The position numbers and the translations under genes were made by a program. The notes under the pieces were generated by a model. It did not search any database. It saw only the letters and a list, made by a program, of their open reading frames with translations, and was not told where the DNA came from. Shown one piece after another: positions 38,009-47,758 of a DNA stretch of 64,000 nucleotides; position 1 is the first letter of the stretch, and each line of letters begins with the position of its first letter. Source of the stretch: Nitrospirales bacterium (GTDB taxonomy: Bacteria > Nitrospirota > Nitrospiria > Nitrospirales > UBA8639); the NCBI GenBank assembly GCA_965223295.1, contig CBDCWC010000002.1, positions 1,088,001 to 1,152,000 on the forward strand, read 5' to 3'.

Positions 38009-40279
38009 ATGGCTCGGAAGGACAGAATGGATAAGTACATAATCTACCAATCGGACACCGCGAATGCTCCTGATGAATTGGAATTTTGCCAGAAATATGT
38101 CGAGCTGAATCGAGGTGAAATCGTTCAAATATACCACGATGATCAGTACCTCACTCAATTAAAGCGGTTAATCAGGGAGATCAATGAAAACACCTTAGGG
38201 CGGGTTCACGATTTTTTGTCTTATTCTCGAATGAGGATACCGACTGAACAAGATATTCAGCACATCCTTCATTCCCTGTTTCTCAGTAAGAATATGCATA
38301 TTACGTATTTGCAACAGAATTTGTCCTCGAGAAACTCTTCTGGACAGTTGGCCTTCTTGTCAGAGTATTACGGCAAACTCTACGATCAAGGGCATCTTAA
38401 TTATTTCGAATTTGTCGGATCTGTTTCCCAACAGGCTACAAAAATTTATAATACCGTTACCAAAAATAAGTATTGTGAATGCAGCATTTGTGGATGGAAA
38501 GGAATGCGCTTCAATCCAGCATATTATAAAGATGGGTTTGTGGAAAATATTATCTGCGTAAACTGTGATAGTTGGGGAAGACACCGGCGCGCGTGGGGAT
38601 TGTTACATGATGGAGGGTATTTAAAAGAGAACATGAAGATACTCGATACAGCCCCCATGAAAATGCTTTCGCAAAAGATTCAACAATGTCATGTGCATTA
38701 CACATCCATCGATATCGAGATCGACAGGAGTCCAACCATCCAAGGAGATCTGACAAAGATTCCCTTCAAAGAAAACTCTTTCGACCTAGTCCTTTCCATG
38801 CAGGTACTCGAACATATCATGGATGATAAAACGGCGCTGCGAAACCTCATTGCCGTAACAAAAGACACCGGCACACTCATTATTTCCGTACCATTTAAAA
38901 AAACTCCAGGAAGCGTCACCCGCGAATACGGCGCGCCCAATTGGGAAGAGTTTGGTCACGTGAGAGAGTATGGAATGGATGTCGTAGAAAGATTTCAAAA
39001 CGAAGGCCTTCATATCGAAGAATTTGTATGGGGTCAAGATAAGAACAAATTAGCATTACTTCAGTTGGGAATAGACCCTACAGAAAAAGAGGTATTCTTT
39101 ATTTGCAAAAAACTTTCATCAGGCAAAGCAATACATGAAGGGCCTCGCAAAACAACATTCCCAGCATACAGCAATCAACACGTCACTGAAAGTCATCACC
39201 TGACATATGCAGGACAGAATGGCGACTTCAGCTCAAGTGCGCACAAACCTCAAAAAATTTTTACGGTCATTATCCCTACTTACAATAGAATAGAAACTCT
39301 TCAAAAAACACTGCGCGCCTACAACAACCAGACTGTTTCCCCAGATGTCTTTGAAGTTCTAATTATTGATGATGGATCCACAGATCGCACGCAGGAGGTT
39401 ATAAGTCGATTAAGAAATGAATTGCATTACACTCTGCATTACCACCACCAAACCAACCAAGGTCCAGGGAAGGCAAGAAACTGGGGTATTAAAAACACAA
39501 CGACCGAGTATATCTTTCTCACGGGAGATGACATCATTCCAGATCAGAATATGATTTGGGAACATTGCAAAAGCCATATATCTGATCCAAGAGAAGATTT
39601 GGCCGTCCTGGGTCATATTGACTGGCCACCGGAGATGCCCATGAATCCTCTGATGTATTTTCTAACAAAATATACAGGAATGCAGTTTGGGTTCAATCAA
39701 ATCCAAGATCCGGAGAACGCAGGCTTTGAGTTTTTTTATACTTCCAATATTTCTCTGAAAACCAGCTTCTTAAAACAGAACGAATTATTCAACCCGAAAT
39801 TTGTACATGCCGCTTATGAAGACATCGAACTCGGTTATCGGTTGCAAAACCAGGGTATGAAAATAAAATACAATAAACGTGCATTAGGGAACCATGATCA
39901 CGCTATGACCTTTGATTCTGTTTGCCGACGACAACACAAATGCGGACAAATGGCAGTCGTGCTCTGTCAATTGCACCCTGAATTGCAAGTGATCGTTGGA
40001 AACATTGATTTAACTTATAACGAAACACAGCATCGCCAGCTTTCGCAACAAATAGAAGAATTAGGCGTTAAGTTAAACACCACAGACATCAAAGAACTCA
40101 TGCAGCAAGAACAGTCCAGTTTTTCAGATGCACATAAGAAAAATCTATATGAAATCTTTTCATTTGCATTTGCACTGCACTTTCGTTTAGGCACACAAGA
40201 TTATCTACAAAAAACTTTATACTCCAGCCAAAAAGTAGGTCAAAGCTATGACTGCCCCCCCAAACATCTTGGCGACTAG
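38009..40279 (+). CDS. SAM-dependent methyltransferase + GT2 glycosyltransferase fusion
   Basis: CxxC..CxxC..RHR, then DL..IPF..NSFDLV....VLEH..DD and HVR.YG (methyltransferase). TVIIPTYNR, IDDGSTD, GDD, FYTSN.S and YED.ELGYRL (GT2). Confidence 0.85.
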   Translation: MARKDRMDKYIIYQSDTANAPDELEFCQKYVELNRGEIVQIYHDDQYLTQLKRLIREINENTLGRVHDFLSYSRMRIPTEQDIQHILHSLFLSKNMHITYLQQNLSSRNSSGQLAFLSEYYGKLYDQGHLNYFEFVGSVSQQATKIYNTVTKNKYCECSICGWKGMRFNPAYYKDGFVENIICVNCDSWGRHRRAWGLLHDGGYLKENMKILDTAPMKMLSQKIQQCHVHYTSIDIEIDRSPTIQGDLTKIPFKENSFDLVLSMQVLEHIMDDKTALRNLIAVTKDTGTLIISVPFKKTPGSVTREYGAPNWEEFGHVREYGMDVVERFQNEGLHIEEFVWGQDKNKLALLQLGIDPTEKEVFFICKKLSSGKAIHEGPRKTTFPAYSNQHVTESHHLTYAGQNGDFSSSAHKPQKIFTVIIPTYNRIETLQKTLRAYNNQTVSPDVFEVLIIDDGSTDRTQEVISRLRNELHYTLHYHHQTNQGPGKARNWGIKNTTTEYIFLTGDDIIPDQNMIWEHCKSHISDPREDLAVLGHIDWPPEMPMNPLMYFLTKYTGMQFGFNQIQDPENAGFEFFYTSNISLKTSFLKQNELFNPKFVHAAYEDIELGYRLQNQGMKIKYNKRALGNHDHAMTFDSVCRRQHKCGQMAVVLCQLHPELQVIVGNIDLTYNETQHRQLSQQIEELGVKLNTTDIKELMQQEQSSFSDAHKKNLYEIFSFAFALHFRLGTQDYLQKTLYSSQKVGQSYDCPPKHLGD

Positions 40280-40389
40280 CCTATGCCAGATAGCACTGGT
40301 CTAAACCCGAAAGCAGAGGATGGTTTCTCTAACTAAAAATACACGCTCTCATTCCTTATCATGAGAAATTTTCTAAGAACACCAAGAAA

Positions 40390-41532
40390 TTGGCAAACGA
40401 CACGACCTTTTACATTTCTACGAAGATGAGCATACTCACGACGGTAATAGTCAACAGAATTTCTGAAACTATCTTCGCCAACCTGAAAGTTGTCCTAAGA
40501 AACTATCCAGGCGAATGTTTCAAAATCCTGACGACATTTCCAGGCACTGCCACATTCCTCAATCAACAGGGTTACTCCTGCGAAGTAATTCAATTGCACC
40601 GTCATCAAGACAGGATTGAATCCATGAATAGATTGGGGTTGATCGCAAGTGGAGATATGTTTCGAGACTTCAAAGTCCCAGGCTCAGAATTACTGGCGTG
40701 GAAACCTCTTATGCACGACCGTTTTTGGCAATTTACGGACTTTGAAACATTTGATGCAATCCACAAATTGGTAGATTTATTAAATACCCGAATACTGATT
40801 ACTCCCATCGATATTCATGACCCTCTAAGTCAATACATGACGAGACAAGCCAACAAGAAAGGTGTCTCCACCATTGGGTATCAAACAACACAATTGAGAA
40901 CAAAAGAAAACCTCGATGCCTATTTAGCCTTTAACGAATATTGGGTATCTACCCAACAGGACAAAGTCTTTCTGTCCATTCACAAAGGTATCCTCGAAGA
41001 GCACATTCATCTCCTCCCCCATTACTATTTCCAGCCTGCGAGGGAATACGCGAAATCCTCGCGTCATATCGAGAGAAAAACTATCAAGGAACAATTGGGA
41101 TTGCCTATAGATAAAAAAATACTCCTTATTCTCTTCTCAATTAGGCACATCTGGGAATCCCGCAAACTATTCGCACACCTTCAAAAACTCAAAGACTCTT
41201 CACAGCAAGACAGTGCTCAATTCAAAATTCTCATTTTTCTTGAGACACAAAAAGACACCGATGAATTTCCAGCTCTGTTTAAAAAAGAGATCCAATCTCT
41301 CGAACTTGAAACGTTATCCCCTGCAGCAAATCTCTTTGAGTATGCAAGAGCTGCGGATACTTTCTTTGCCTTCCGATTTCTAGAGTACCTCGATGAAGTT
41401 GCTCTGCTTGCGGGTCAAACAGTGATCTATGACCCCTATTATTTCAATCGAAATCATTTATTGATTAGTGACTCCCCGTCTATCTCGTTGGATAATTCCA
41501 AACATTCTCCTGATTACTTTGCTGTAGCCTAA
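40390..41532 (+). CDS. Hypothetical protein, probable GT-B-fold polysaccharide/glycan biosynthesis protein
   Basis: 380-aa ORF in an AT-rich GT operon. A.KKGV.TIGYQ and K..LGLP.DKKIL.I.F patterns resemble the downstream ORF. Confidence 0.55.
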   Translation: MANDTTFYISTKMSILTTVIVNRISETIFANLKVVLRNYPGECFKILTTFPGTATFLNQQGYSCEVIQLHRHQDRIESMNRLGLIASGDMFRDFKVPGSELLAWKPLMHDRFWQFTDFETFDAIHKLVDLLNTRILITPIDIHDPLSQYMTRQANKKGVSTIGYQTTQLRTKENLDAYLAFNEYWVSTQQDKVFLSIHKGILEEHIHLLPHYYFQPAREYAKSSRHIERKTIKEQLGLPIDKKILLILFSIRHIWESRKLFAHLQKLKDSSQQDSAQFKILIFLETQKDTDEFPALFKKEIQSLELETLSPAANLFEYARAADTFFAFRFLEYLDEVALLAGQTVIYDPYYFNRNHLLISDSPSISLDNSKHSPDYFAVA

Positions 41533-41539
41533 AAAACAA

Positions 41540-42784
41540 ATGTCAACGAATCTGAAAGCCTTGTGCTTTACCGGAAGAGCCCATCATCTCGATAAAATGT
41601 ACGATACTATCAAGTTCTTCGAACAGCAGGGAATCGCCTCTGAATTCATTGTTTCAAATAATGTACTGAACTGGGACAACTATGAAAAACCACTGATCGA
41701 CAAACAAATACCCTATAAAACCATTTATGAATACCTAGATGACGGCGTCATGCAAGCGATCAATAAGCACAGTTCACTGGCTCAACAACATGTTAACAAT
41801 ACGCTTTTCAGTGAGCATAATGTCCTAGATTATGTTGAAGAATTTCATGTCAGATTCAGCATTCGAGACCTGGTTGAAGTTACCGAACTGTTCCGAGCTG
41901 TTTTATTAAAAAAAAGACCTGACTTTACGTTTATTCTCCACGAAGCCAATTTTTGGGGGAAAATTCTTGCCTACGTATCGCATGAAATGGGAATTAAAGC
42001 CATCTCCTTGCAAGAGGCCCCATACTTTGAGTATATCGACACGTTAAAATTTCACGGATATCAAATTTTTGCTGAATATTCTTCTCTCGTATTTTTATGT
42101 GGTGAAAGAGATTTACAAGCCTATAAAGATTACGGCTGTGATAGTGACAATCTTAGAGTCGTAGGACCTCATCAATACGATAAATTTATCAATCGGGATA
42201 AGAACACCCAAATTAACCGGTTAAAGAAAAAATACCAGATTCAAGATCGCAAAGTCGTTTTGCTTTCAGTGTCTTCCAAAGATCTACTTTGCGGAGACCG
42301 TGTGGAATTACTTCAAGCAGTTATTAATTATGTAGGACCCAACAAAAATTTATTTCTGATAATCAGATTTCATCCGTGTGAAGTGTACTGGGGGGAACAA
42401 TTAGCCTATTTGTGGAAATGCTACGATAATATCATGTGGGAAAATACAACGGTCATTTACGACCTTTTTCCAATTGTCGATATATGTCTGTTACAGGAAA
42501 GCAATGTGAGAGGAGATTGCCTAGCTTTTGATGTGCCTATTATAGAAATTAATTTCAGCACCGAACACAAGATAGGCAGAAGCTTTTATGACCAAGGATT
42601 AGCTGACAAAATCTCCCACCCTCGCGAATTAACAAAGATTGAAGAGATTGTATTCCAGAACAAAAGTGAGGTTAGACCTTCGTCAGTTGAACATTTCATC
42701 AAATATCATTTTTATCAATTGGATGGTCTAGTGAATCAGCGCATCTACAATGAAATTGTAAACTTATTTAATCAAGATAATTAG
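41540..42784 (+). CDS. GT-B-fold protein (CDP-glycerol/ulosonate transferase-like)
   Basis: KRPD, GIKAISLQEA, VVGP.QYD, IIRFHP.E, S.V..DCLAFDVP.I and DGL...RI motifs, the pattern of KpsS/TagF-like transferases. Confidence 0.6.
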   Translation: MSTNLKALCFTGRAHHLDKMYDTIKFFEQQGIASEFIVSNNVLNWDNYEKPLIDKQIPYKTIYEYLDDGVMQAINKHSSLAQQHVNNTLFSEHNVLDYVEEFHVRFSIRDLVEVTELFRAVLLKKRPDFTFILHEANFWGKILAYVSHEMGIKAISLQEAPYFEYIDTLKFHGYQIFAEYSSLVFLCGERDLQAYKDYGCDSDNLRVVGPHQYDKFINRDKNTQINRLKKKYQIQDRKVVLLSVSSKDLLCGDRVELLQAVINYVGPNKNLFLIIRFHPCEVYWGEQLAYLWKCYDNIMWENTTVIYDLFPIVDICLLQESNVRGDCLAFDVPIIEINFSTEHKIGRSFYDQGLADKISHPRELTKIEEIVFQNKSEVRPSSVEHFIKYHFYQLDGLVNQRIYNEIVNLFNQDN

Positions 42785-42877
42785 TGCTTGCTGAAAAAAG
42801 CATTTTCCATAATCTTCTCTAACTTCCGAAAGGGACTGCGAGCCTTGCCCCCTGTCCTTGAGTCCATATTACATGGT

Positions 42878-42893
42878 TGGCACGAAAATTGAT
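42878..42893 (+). promoter_or_regulatory. sigma54-like site (TTGA -12 variant) with no adjacent gene
   Basis: TGGCACGAAAATTGAT has a perfect -24 box and TTGA instead of TTGC. Confidence 0.35.
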
Positions 42894-43088
42894 CGGCATC
42901 TCGACAATTAGACAAGAATACACTACTCGGTTACATGTAATCCTATAGCAGTTGCTTAAATTACACAGTTATATTACCCTCATTCTATTAACAGATATCT
43001 CTACCAAATTCGCAGAAAGCCTCACCCGGAAAATTGGGGGTGAATAACAAATCTCGAACGAAGCGAGAGCAATAAGGATTTTGAGTGA

Positions 43089-43121
43089 GAAGCCCAGCTT
43101 AGGAGCGGTGGGGTTCTTCAC
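43089..43121. mobile_element. IS200/IS605-like end hairpin remnant
   Basis: GAAGCCCAGC-TTAGGA-GCGGTGGGGTTCTTCAC resembles GAAGCCCC..GGGG.AGTTCAC ends. Confidence 0.35.
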
Positions 43122-43620
43122 TTTCGAGAAATCAAGTCACCCATATCGCCACCTAGCAAGGTTAGGGGTGGCGTAAAAAACTCAACTATTCTGCGAAAAA
43201 GCCCTCTGGTCTAGGATGTTCAACGATTAAAACGAAAAATAAATTCAGCGAGTTACGGTTGTAACGTCTGTTTATCAACCCTTCCCTAGTAAATGCCGTA
43301 GTATCAACATTTCAATAGCGATACCGCGCTGCGGCTTTGCGGTAGCAATCGTTCGGCCTCGCGGTCTATCTCCTTCATAGCGTATGAGCATTTCTGTGAA
43401 CTGTGCATATAGCAATTTTTTCAATTAAGGAGTACCTTTATACCGATCAGAGACGATTGTGTCTCAAGGGAAGATCGTCTTGGTTATGAAATGGTGAACT
43501 TCTTTCCCTACATATCTCTTGGTGAATTAAACACGAATCCATCGAGTGGCATTGCCACGCCTTTCAACAGCAATGTTCATGACGACCGTGTTATTACCTC
43601 CACCCGAAGAAGTCTTTGAC

Positions 43621-44307
43621 ATGAATCTTGCAGTCATTCCTGCGCGTGGTGGCAGCAAACGGATCCCCCAAAAAAACATCCGAGACTTCTGTGGAAAACC
43701 CATTATTGCCTATTCAATTGAAACGGCACTGACCTCAAGGTTCTTTGATCAGGTCATCGTCTCCACAGACGACGAGGAAATCGCCTCAGTTGCCAGAGAG
43801 TTTGGGGCGGAGACGCCGTTCGTACGACCAACGGAAATTGCTGGTGACTACACCAGTACAAACTCAGTGGTAAAGCATGCAATAGAATGGTATCAAAAAC
43901 GAGCACATACGTTCTCCCTGGTTTGCTGTATCTATGCAACGGCTCCTTTTCTACAAGTAAGATATTTAAAGGAAGGGCATGACAGATTAATCAGCTCGGA
44001 TAAGTCCTTCGCATTTTCCGTTACCAGCTTTCCTTTCCCCATTCAGCGCGCAATACGTATCACGCCAAAAGGAGACGTCCAAGCCTTCTGGCCAGAGCAC
44101 ATTAATAGTCGATCACAGGATTTGGAAGAGGCGTATCATGATGCAGGTCAGTTCTACTGGGGTCGTCCCAGTGCGTTTCTAAATGACCAAGCGACCTTTT
44201 CCAATCTTTCTATCCCCATCGTGCTACCTCGATATTTGGTACAGGATATAGACTCTATTGAAGACTGGCAGTGCGCAGAACTTATGTGGAAGGCTGTCTC
44301 AAAATAA
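43621..44307 (+). CDS. pseF: Pseudaminic acid cytidylyltransferase
   Basis: AVIPARGGSKRIP.KN, VSTDD, CCIYATAPF, RSQDLEEAYHDAGQFYWG and QDID..EDW motifs. Confidence 0.9.
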   Translation: MNLAVIPARGGSKRIPQKNIRDFCGKPIIAYSIETALTSRFFDQVIVSTDDEEIASVAREFGAETPFVRPTEIAGDYTSTNSVVKHAIEWYQKRAHTFSLVCCIYATAPFLQVRYLKEGHDRLISSDKSFAFSVTSFPFPIQRAIRITPKGDVQAFWPEHINSRSQDLEEAYHDAGQFYWGRPSAFLNDQATFSNLSIPIVLPRYLVQDIDSIEDWQCAELMWKAVSK

Positions 44308-44326
44308 AGAGGATCCCATTGTCGAG

Positions 44327-44496
44327 ACCACTAATTGTTTGGAATCCCTCAATGCCCTGATGGACAAATGATGTGCCGAGACCGACCAGTTGCCAACTCT
44401 AGTCAGCCCCAACAGTAGTTGGCCTCGACGTTGCTAGACATTGAACATCGGCTACGGAAGGGAAAACGTTATGGGGATTTGTCTTCCTTAATAGCA
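44327..44496 (+). pseudogene. IS256-family transposase C-terminal remnant
   Basis: Translation across a frameshift and two stops gives TTNCLESLNALMDK*..NSSQPQQ*LASTLLDIEHRLRKGKRYGDLSSL, matching the IS256 TTN.lE and W.A.LL..E.R.R..KGY..L pattern. Confidence 0.7.
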
Positions 44497-44546
44497 AATC
44501 CCCTGACAACAGTTCCCCGTCAAGAATGGGAAACACCGCCACGGAT

Positions 44547-45245
44547 TTATCCAACCAATCGTACTAATTCGAAAGCTTCCACATATTCTCGTGAAACGAC
44601 CGTTCCCCATTTGCGACAAATTGTTTTCAAGGCCTCTAATGATCGAGGATGGGGGAATGAACGAATTTCAGTTTTATAACATTCCATAGCTTTGAGTTTG
44701 GCCTCAATATTCTGAGAAACATCAATAAAGACATTTGGCTTAAAAACTGGATTGTTCTGATAAAAACTCCATTCAGTGGCTGAAGGAGTTTCAAACGTAT
44801 ACAGCTCTTTGACTGAACTATTAGGAAGTGGGCGAGTCGCAGTTAAGACGGCCTGAAATGTGATTTTATGATCAATATTTAGATCACTGGGATGATGAGT
44901 ATACACAACATCCGGTCGAATTTCGTCTAAGACTTTTTCTACCTGCTTGACAATATTTAACAGAGGAAGTTCATCAAATCTGTTATCAGGGAAAGATTTT
45001 AGAGTAATGGATTGAGCTCCTAACACTTTTGCTGCAGTTCTTGTTGCCTCCGCAATTCGCTCTAGCTCAACTCTGTCTACTTCAGAGCGGGATTCGTATC
45101 GTGAAGTACATCCTTCGCCTAGTATTACTATATGGATGGCCGCTGATTCGCAAAACTTCGCAATCGTTCCTCCACAACCTAAAACTTCATCATCCGGATG
45201 AGCAGCGACCACGAGAATAGTTTTCATAGTGGGCCTAGCCGGCAT
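44547..45245 (-). CDS. PIG-L/LmbE family de-N-acetylase
   Basis: AAHPDDE, FPDNRFD, YTHH.SDLNIDH, ET.S.TEW and FPHPRS motifs. Confidence 0.9.
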   Translation of the reverse strand: MPARPTMKTILVVAAHPDDEVLGCGGTIAKFCESAAIHIVILGEGCTSRYESRSEVDRVELERIAEATRTAAKVLGAQSITLKSFPDNRFDELPLLNIVKQVEKVLDEIRPDVVYTHHPSDLNIDHKITFQAVLTATRPLPNSSVKELYTFETPSATEWSFYQNNPVFKPNVFIDVSQNIEAKLKAMECYKTEIRSFPHPRSLEALKTICRKWGTVVSREYVEAFELVRLVG

Positions 45246-45939
45246 GAGCCTCCTTGGTTATGGACACGTTGGCGACGACTTTTCCCTCATATCGAACTGC
45301 ACTCGAAAACTCGTATCGAAACCCTTTGTAGGAAAGATAAGCAGTCGGATATTCTTCCGCATCAAGCATTCGTATAAAGTCATAGACCTCTTTCAACGTT
45401 TCACAATGAGGAATACTACTTTCGCTTGGTTTTCTCCTTTTGAATATTGTCGGAGTTCCTTCTTGCGGGGAAGGGACAATGTTGTTGGAAATTAGTTCCT
45501 GGATCATGTCTCCCGCCATTTCAGACCCACGAATATAAATTTCTTCTGCGCACCCATCAAGCGAAAGATTTCTTTGAAGATAGACTGGCCCAGCATCAAA
45601 ATCCTCAACCATCCGGAGGGCCGTTAGCTTGGTCTGGCTATGGCCTCGAATAATCAGATTTTGCAGTGGACTGCCACCACGACCATAGGGAACATCCGTC
45701 ATATGAAAACAGACACATTCAAATTCATTGACAATTTCTCGTGGAACCTTCCATGACCAATGAAGAAAAAAAATAAAGCGCGGAGAAACTTCCCTCACTC
45801 TATCGAGAGTCAATTCTTCCTTTGAACCAATAAAAGCCCAATCGCCTGCAAACCGGCTGATAATGTCTCGAAAAATCCTATAATTCCATGACTTGGTTGC
45901 CACAACAAGGTATGGAATAACTTGATTAGTCATTTTCAA
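45235..45939 (-). CDS. Formyltransferase (Fmt-like, sugar N-formyltransferase)
   Basis: FFLHWSW, FHMTDVPYGRGGSPLQNLI, DAGPVY and IRMLDA..YP motifs. Confidence 0.85.
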   Translation of the reverse strand: MKMTNQVIPYLVVATKSWNYRIFRDIISRFAGDWAFIGSKEELTLDRVREVSPRFIFFLHWSWKVPREIVNEFECVCFHMTDVPYGRGGSPLQNLIIRGHSQTKLTALRMVEDFDAGPVYLQRNLSLDGCAEEIYIRGSEMAGDMIQELISNNIVPSPQEGTPTIFKRRKPSESSIPHCETLKEVYDFIRMLDAEEYPTAYLSYKGFRYEFSSAVRYEGKVVANVSITKEAHAG

Positions 45940-46691
45940 TCTTCCTCTTCTAAGGCGATTTTCATAAACACTTTTTTACCTTCATGAACAAAATATGCTC
46001 CTCTATAGGGTGGAAAGGTTCGGGCTCGGAGAAGATCAATGAGATACTGTGCAGAATAGTCCTGATCTAAAAATACTTCATCAATGGCGTCAACATCTCG
46101 AGTTCTATGATATGTTCCACCACCTTTTTCTTGAGGGATGCACTGTATTTCGCCATTTTTAAAGAGAGGCCACGTTTCTTTGAATAAGTCAATCGAGAAA
46201 CTTTCCAGCTTTCGATAGAGAGATTCTCCGGTATCAGATGGTTTAACAGGGACTTGTTCTTGAGAAAGAATATCACCAGTATCAATCCCCTCATTGATAT
46301 AATGTATGGTGACGCCAGAAGGGGTTCCTTCAACAATACTCCAAACATTGGGATATTGCCCTCGATTGTAAGGTAGAAATGAAGGATGCACATTAATACA
46401 TCCCGAAGGAAAGCACGAAAGAAATTCTTTTTTCAAAATATAATCAAAAAATATTGAGATCCCCAGATCTGGATGAAGGTTTCTCACAGCTGCTAGAGTC
46501 TCGGGTGTTCGCAGGGTCGTCGCATCAAATATACGATCATCACTGAGTTGCGAGCTCTTGATCATTTCCGAACGATATCGGCTACGTGCAAGAGGATGAA
46601 CAACCAAACCAACTGGCGGCTCTCCATTTTCTACCAACCAATTTAGAATAGTACTTGCTACGAGCCCATTTCCTAACACGATGTATCTCAC
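45936..46691 (-). CDS. Sugar N-formyltransferase (formyl_trans_N)
   Basis: INVHPSFLPYNRG, GVTIH.I.EGIDTGDI and LRARTFPPY motifs. GTG start overlaps the pseI stop (ORF open to 46721). Confidence 0.85.
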   Translation of the reverse strand: MRYIVLGNGLVASTILNWLVENGEPPVGLVVHPLARSRYRSEMIKSSQLSDDRIFDATTLRTPETLAAVRNLHPDLGISIFFDYILKKEFLSCFPSGCINVHPSFLPYNRGQYPNVWSIVEGTPSGVTIHYINEGIDTGDILSQEQVPVKPSDTGESLYRKLESFSIDLFKETWPLFKNGEIQCIPQEKGGGTYHRTRDVDAIDEVFLDQDYSAQYLIDLLRARTFPPYRGAYFVHEGKKVFMKIALEEED

Positions 46692-47758
46692 GGATGATCC
46701 TCGACGTTCACCAAATCCCAAGAAAAAGGCGTTCCTTTTTGAATATCATTTTTAGCTTTTTTGCCGAGAACCTGCTCAAGAAACTTAGGAGCTAACCCAT
46801 AGCCAGGCCGAATGGAACGAATATTTTCGCAAGTAATCTGTTCACCACCTTGAATATCCTGAACAACAAAGAGCGAACGTCGAAAACATAAACTCCTCTG
46901 CTCATCTGAATTAGGTTCAAACGAAATTTTGCCTAGAGCCTGTTCCACATCTCGAATTGCAGACACCATCTTAGTAAACTCGTCGGGTTCCATTGAAAAG
47001 CTTGCATCGGGCCCACCGTCAGAGCGAGATAAAATAAAATGCTTCTCAACAATATTTGCACCCAAAGTGACAGCAGCGATAGCTACATGACTGCCAAGTG
47101 AATGATCGGATAACCCAATTGGTACGTTGTATTTCTTGGAAAGATAGGGGATCGCCTTTAAATTCATTCCATCTGGAGAAGCTGGATATGCGCTTGTGCA
47201 TTTCAGCAAAGCTATCTCACGGGTTCCGGCATTTTTCAATGTCGCTACGGCTTCATCAATTTCAGATAGCGTAGACATGCCTGTCGATAAAACAACCGGC
47301 ATTTTTGTGCTCCCAATTTTTTTCAGTAGCGGTAAATCAACAATCTCAAATGAAGCCACTTTAAAGACTGGTATCTTTAAGCCACCCAGAAAGTCCACAG
47401 CCGTTTCATCAAAAGGCGTTGAAAAGAAATCCAACTCACATTCATGAGCAATAGCTTGCAGTTTGGCGTGCCATTCCCAGGGCGTATAGGCTTCAGAGTA
47501 TAATTCAAAAAGTTTCTTGCCTGACCACACACTGTCACTTGGAATTTGAAATTCTTCTCGGTCGCAGTCCAGAGTCATAGTTTCCGGCGTATAAGTTTGC
47601 AACTTTACTGCATCGGCTCCTGCCTTGCTGGCCATGCGTATTATCTCTTCCGCAGCCTCAAAACTTTGATTATGATTGGCTGAAATCTCGGCAACGACGT
47701 AACAAGGTTGTCCTTCTCCGACCAGCCGATCTCCAATCTTTATTTGCCTCTGATTCAT
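46688..47758 (-). CDS. pseI: Pseudaminic acid synthase
   Basis: AEISANHN, KLQTY, TPWEWH, KVASFE, LKCTSAYP, GLSDH, EKHF and RRSLF motifs, SAF domain. Confidence 0.92.
   Translation of the reverse strand: MNQRQIKIGDRLVGEGQPCYVVAEISANHNQSFEAAEEIIRMASKAGADAVKLQTYTPETMTLDCDREEFQIPSDSVWSGKKLFELYSEAYTPWEWHAKLQAIAHECELDFFSTPFDETAVDFLGGLKIPVFKVASFEIVDLPLLKKIGSTKMPVVLSTGMSTLSEIDEAVATLKNAGTREIALLKCTSAYPASPDGMNLKAIPYLSKKYNVPIGLSDHSLGSHVAIAAVTLGANIVEKHFILSRSDGGPDASFSMEPDEFTKMVSAIRDVEQALGKISFEPNSDEQRSLCFRRSLFVVQDIQGGEQITCENIRSIRPGYGLAPKFLEQVLGKKAKNDIQKGTPFSWDLVNVEDHP

Noticed and set aside
43276-43425. Short minus-strand ORF ending ...EMLILRHLLGKG resembling an IS5-like transposase fragment
   Set aside because: Similarity is too short and weak to support without a search.
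44419-44679. 86-aa ORF as a real gene
   Set aside because: Its N-part is the IS256 remnant and the rest is antisense to the deacetylase.
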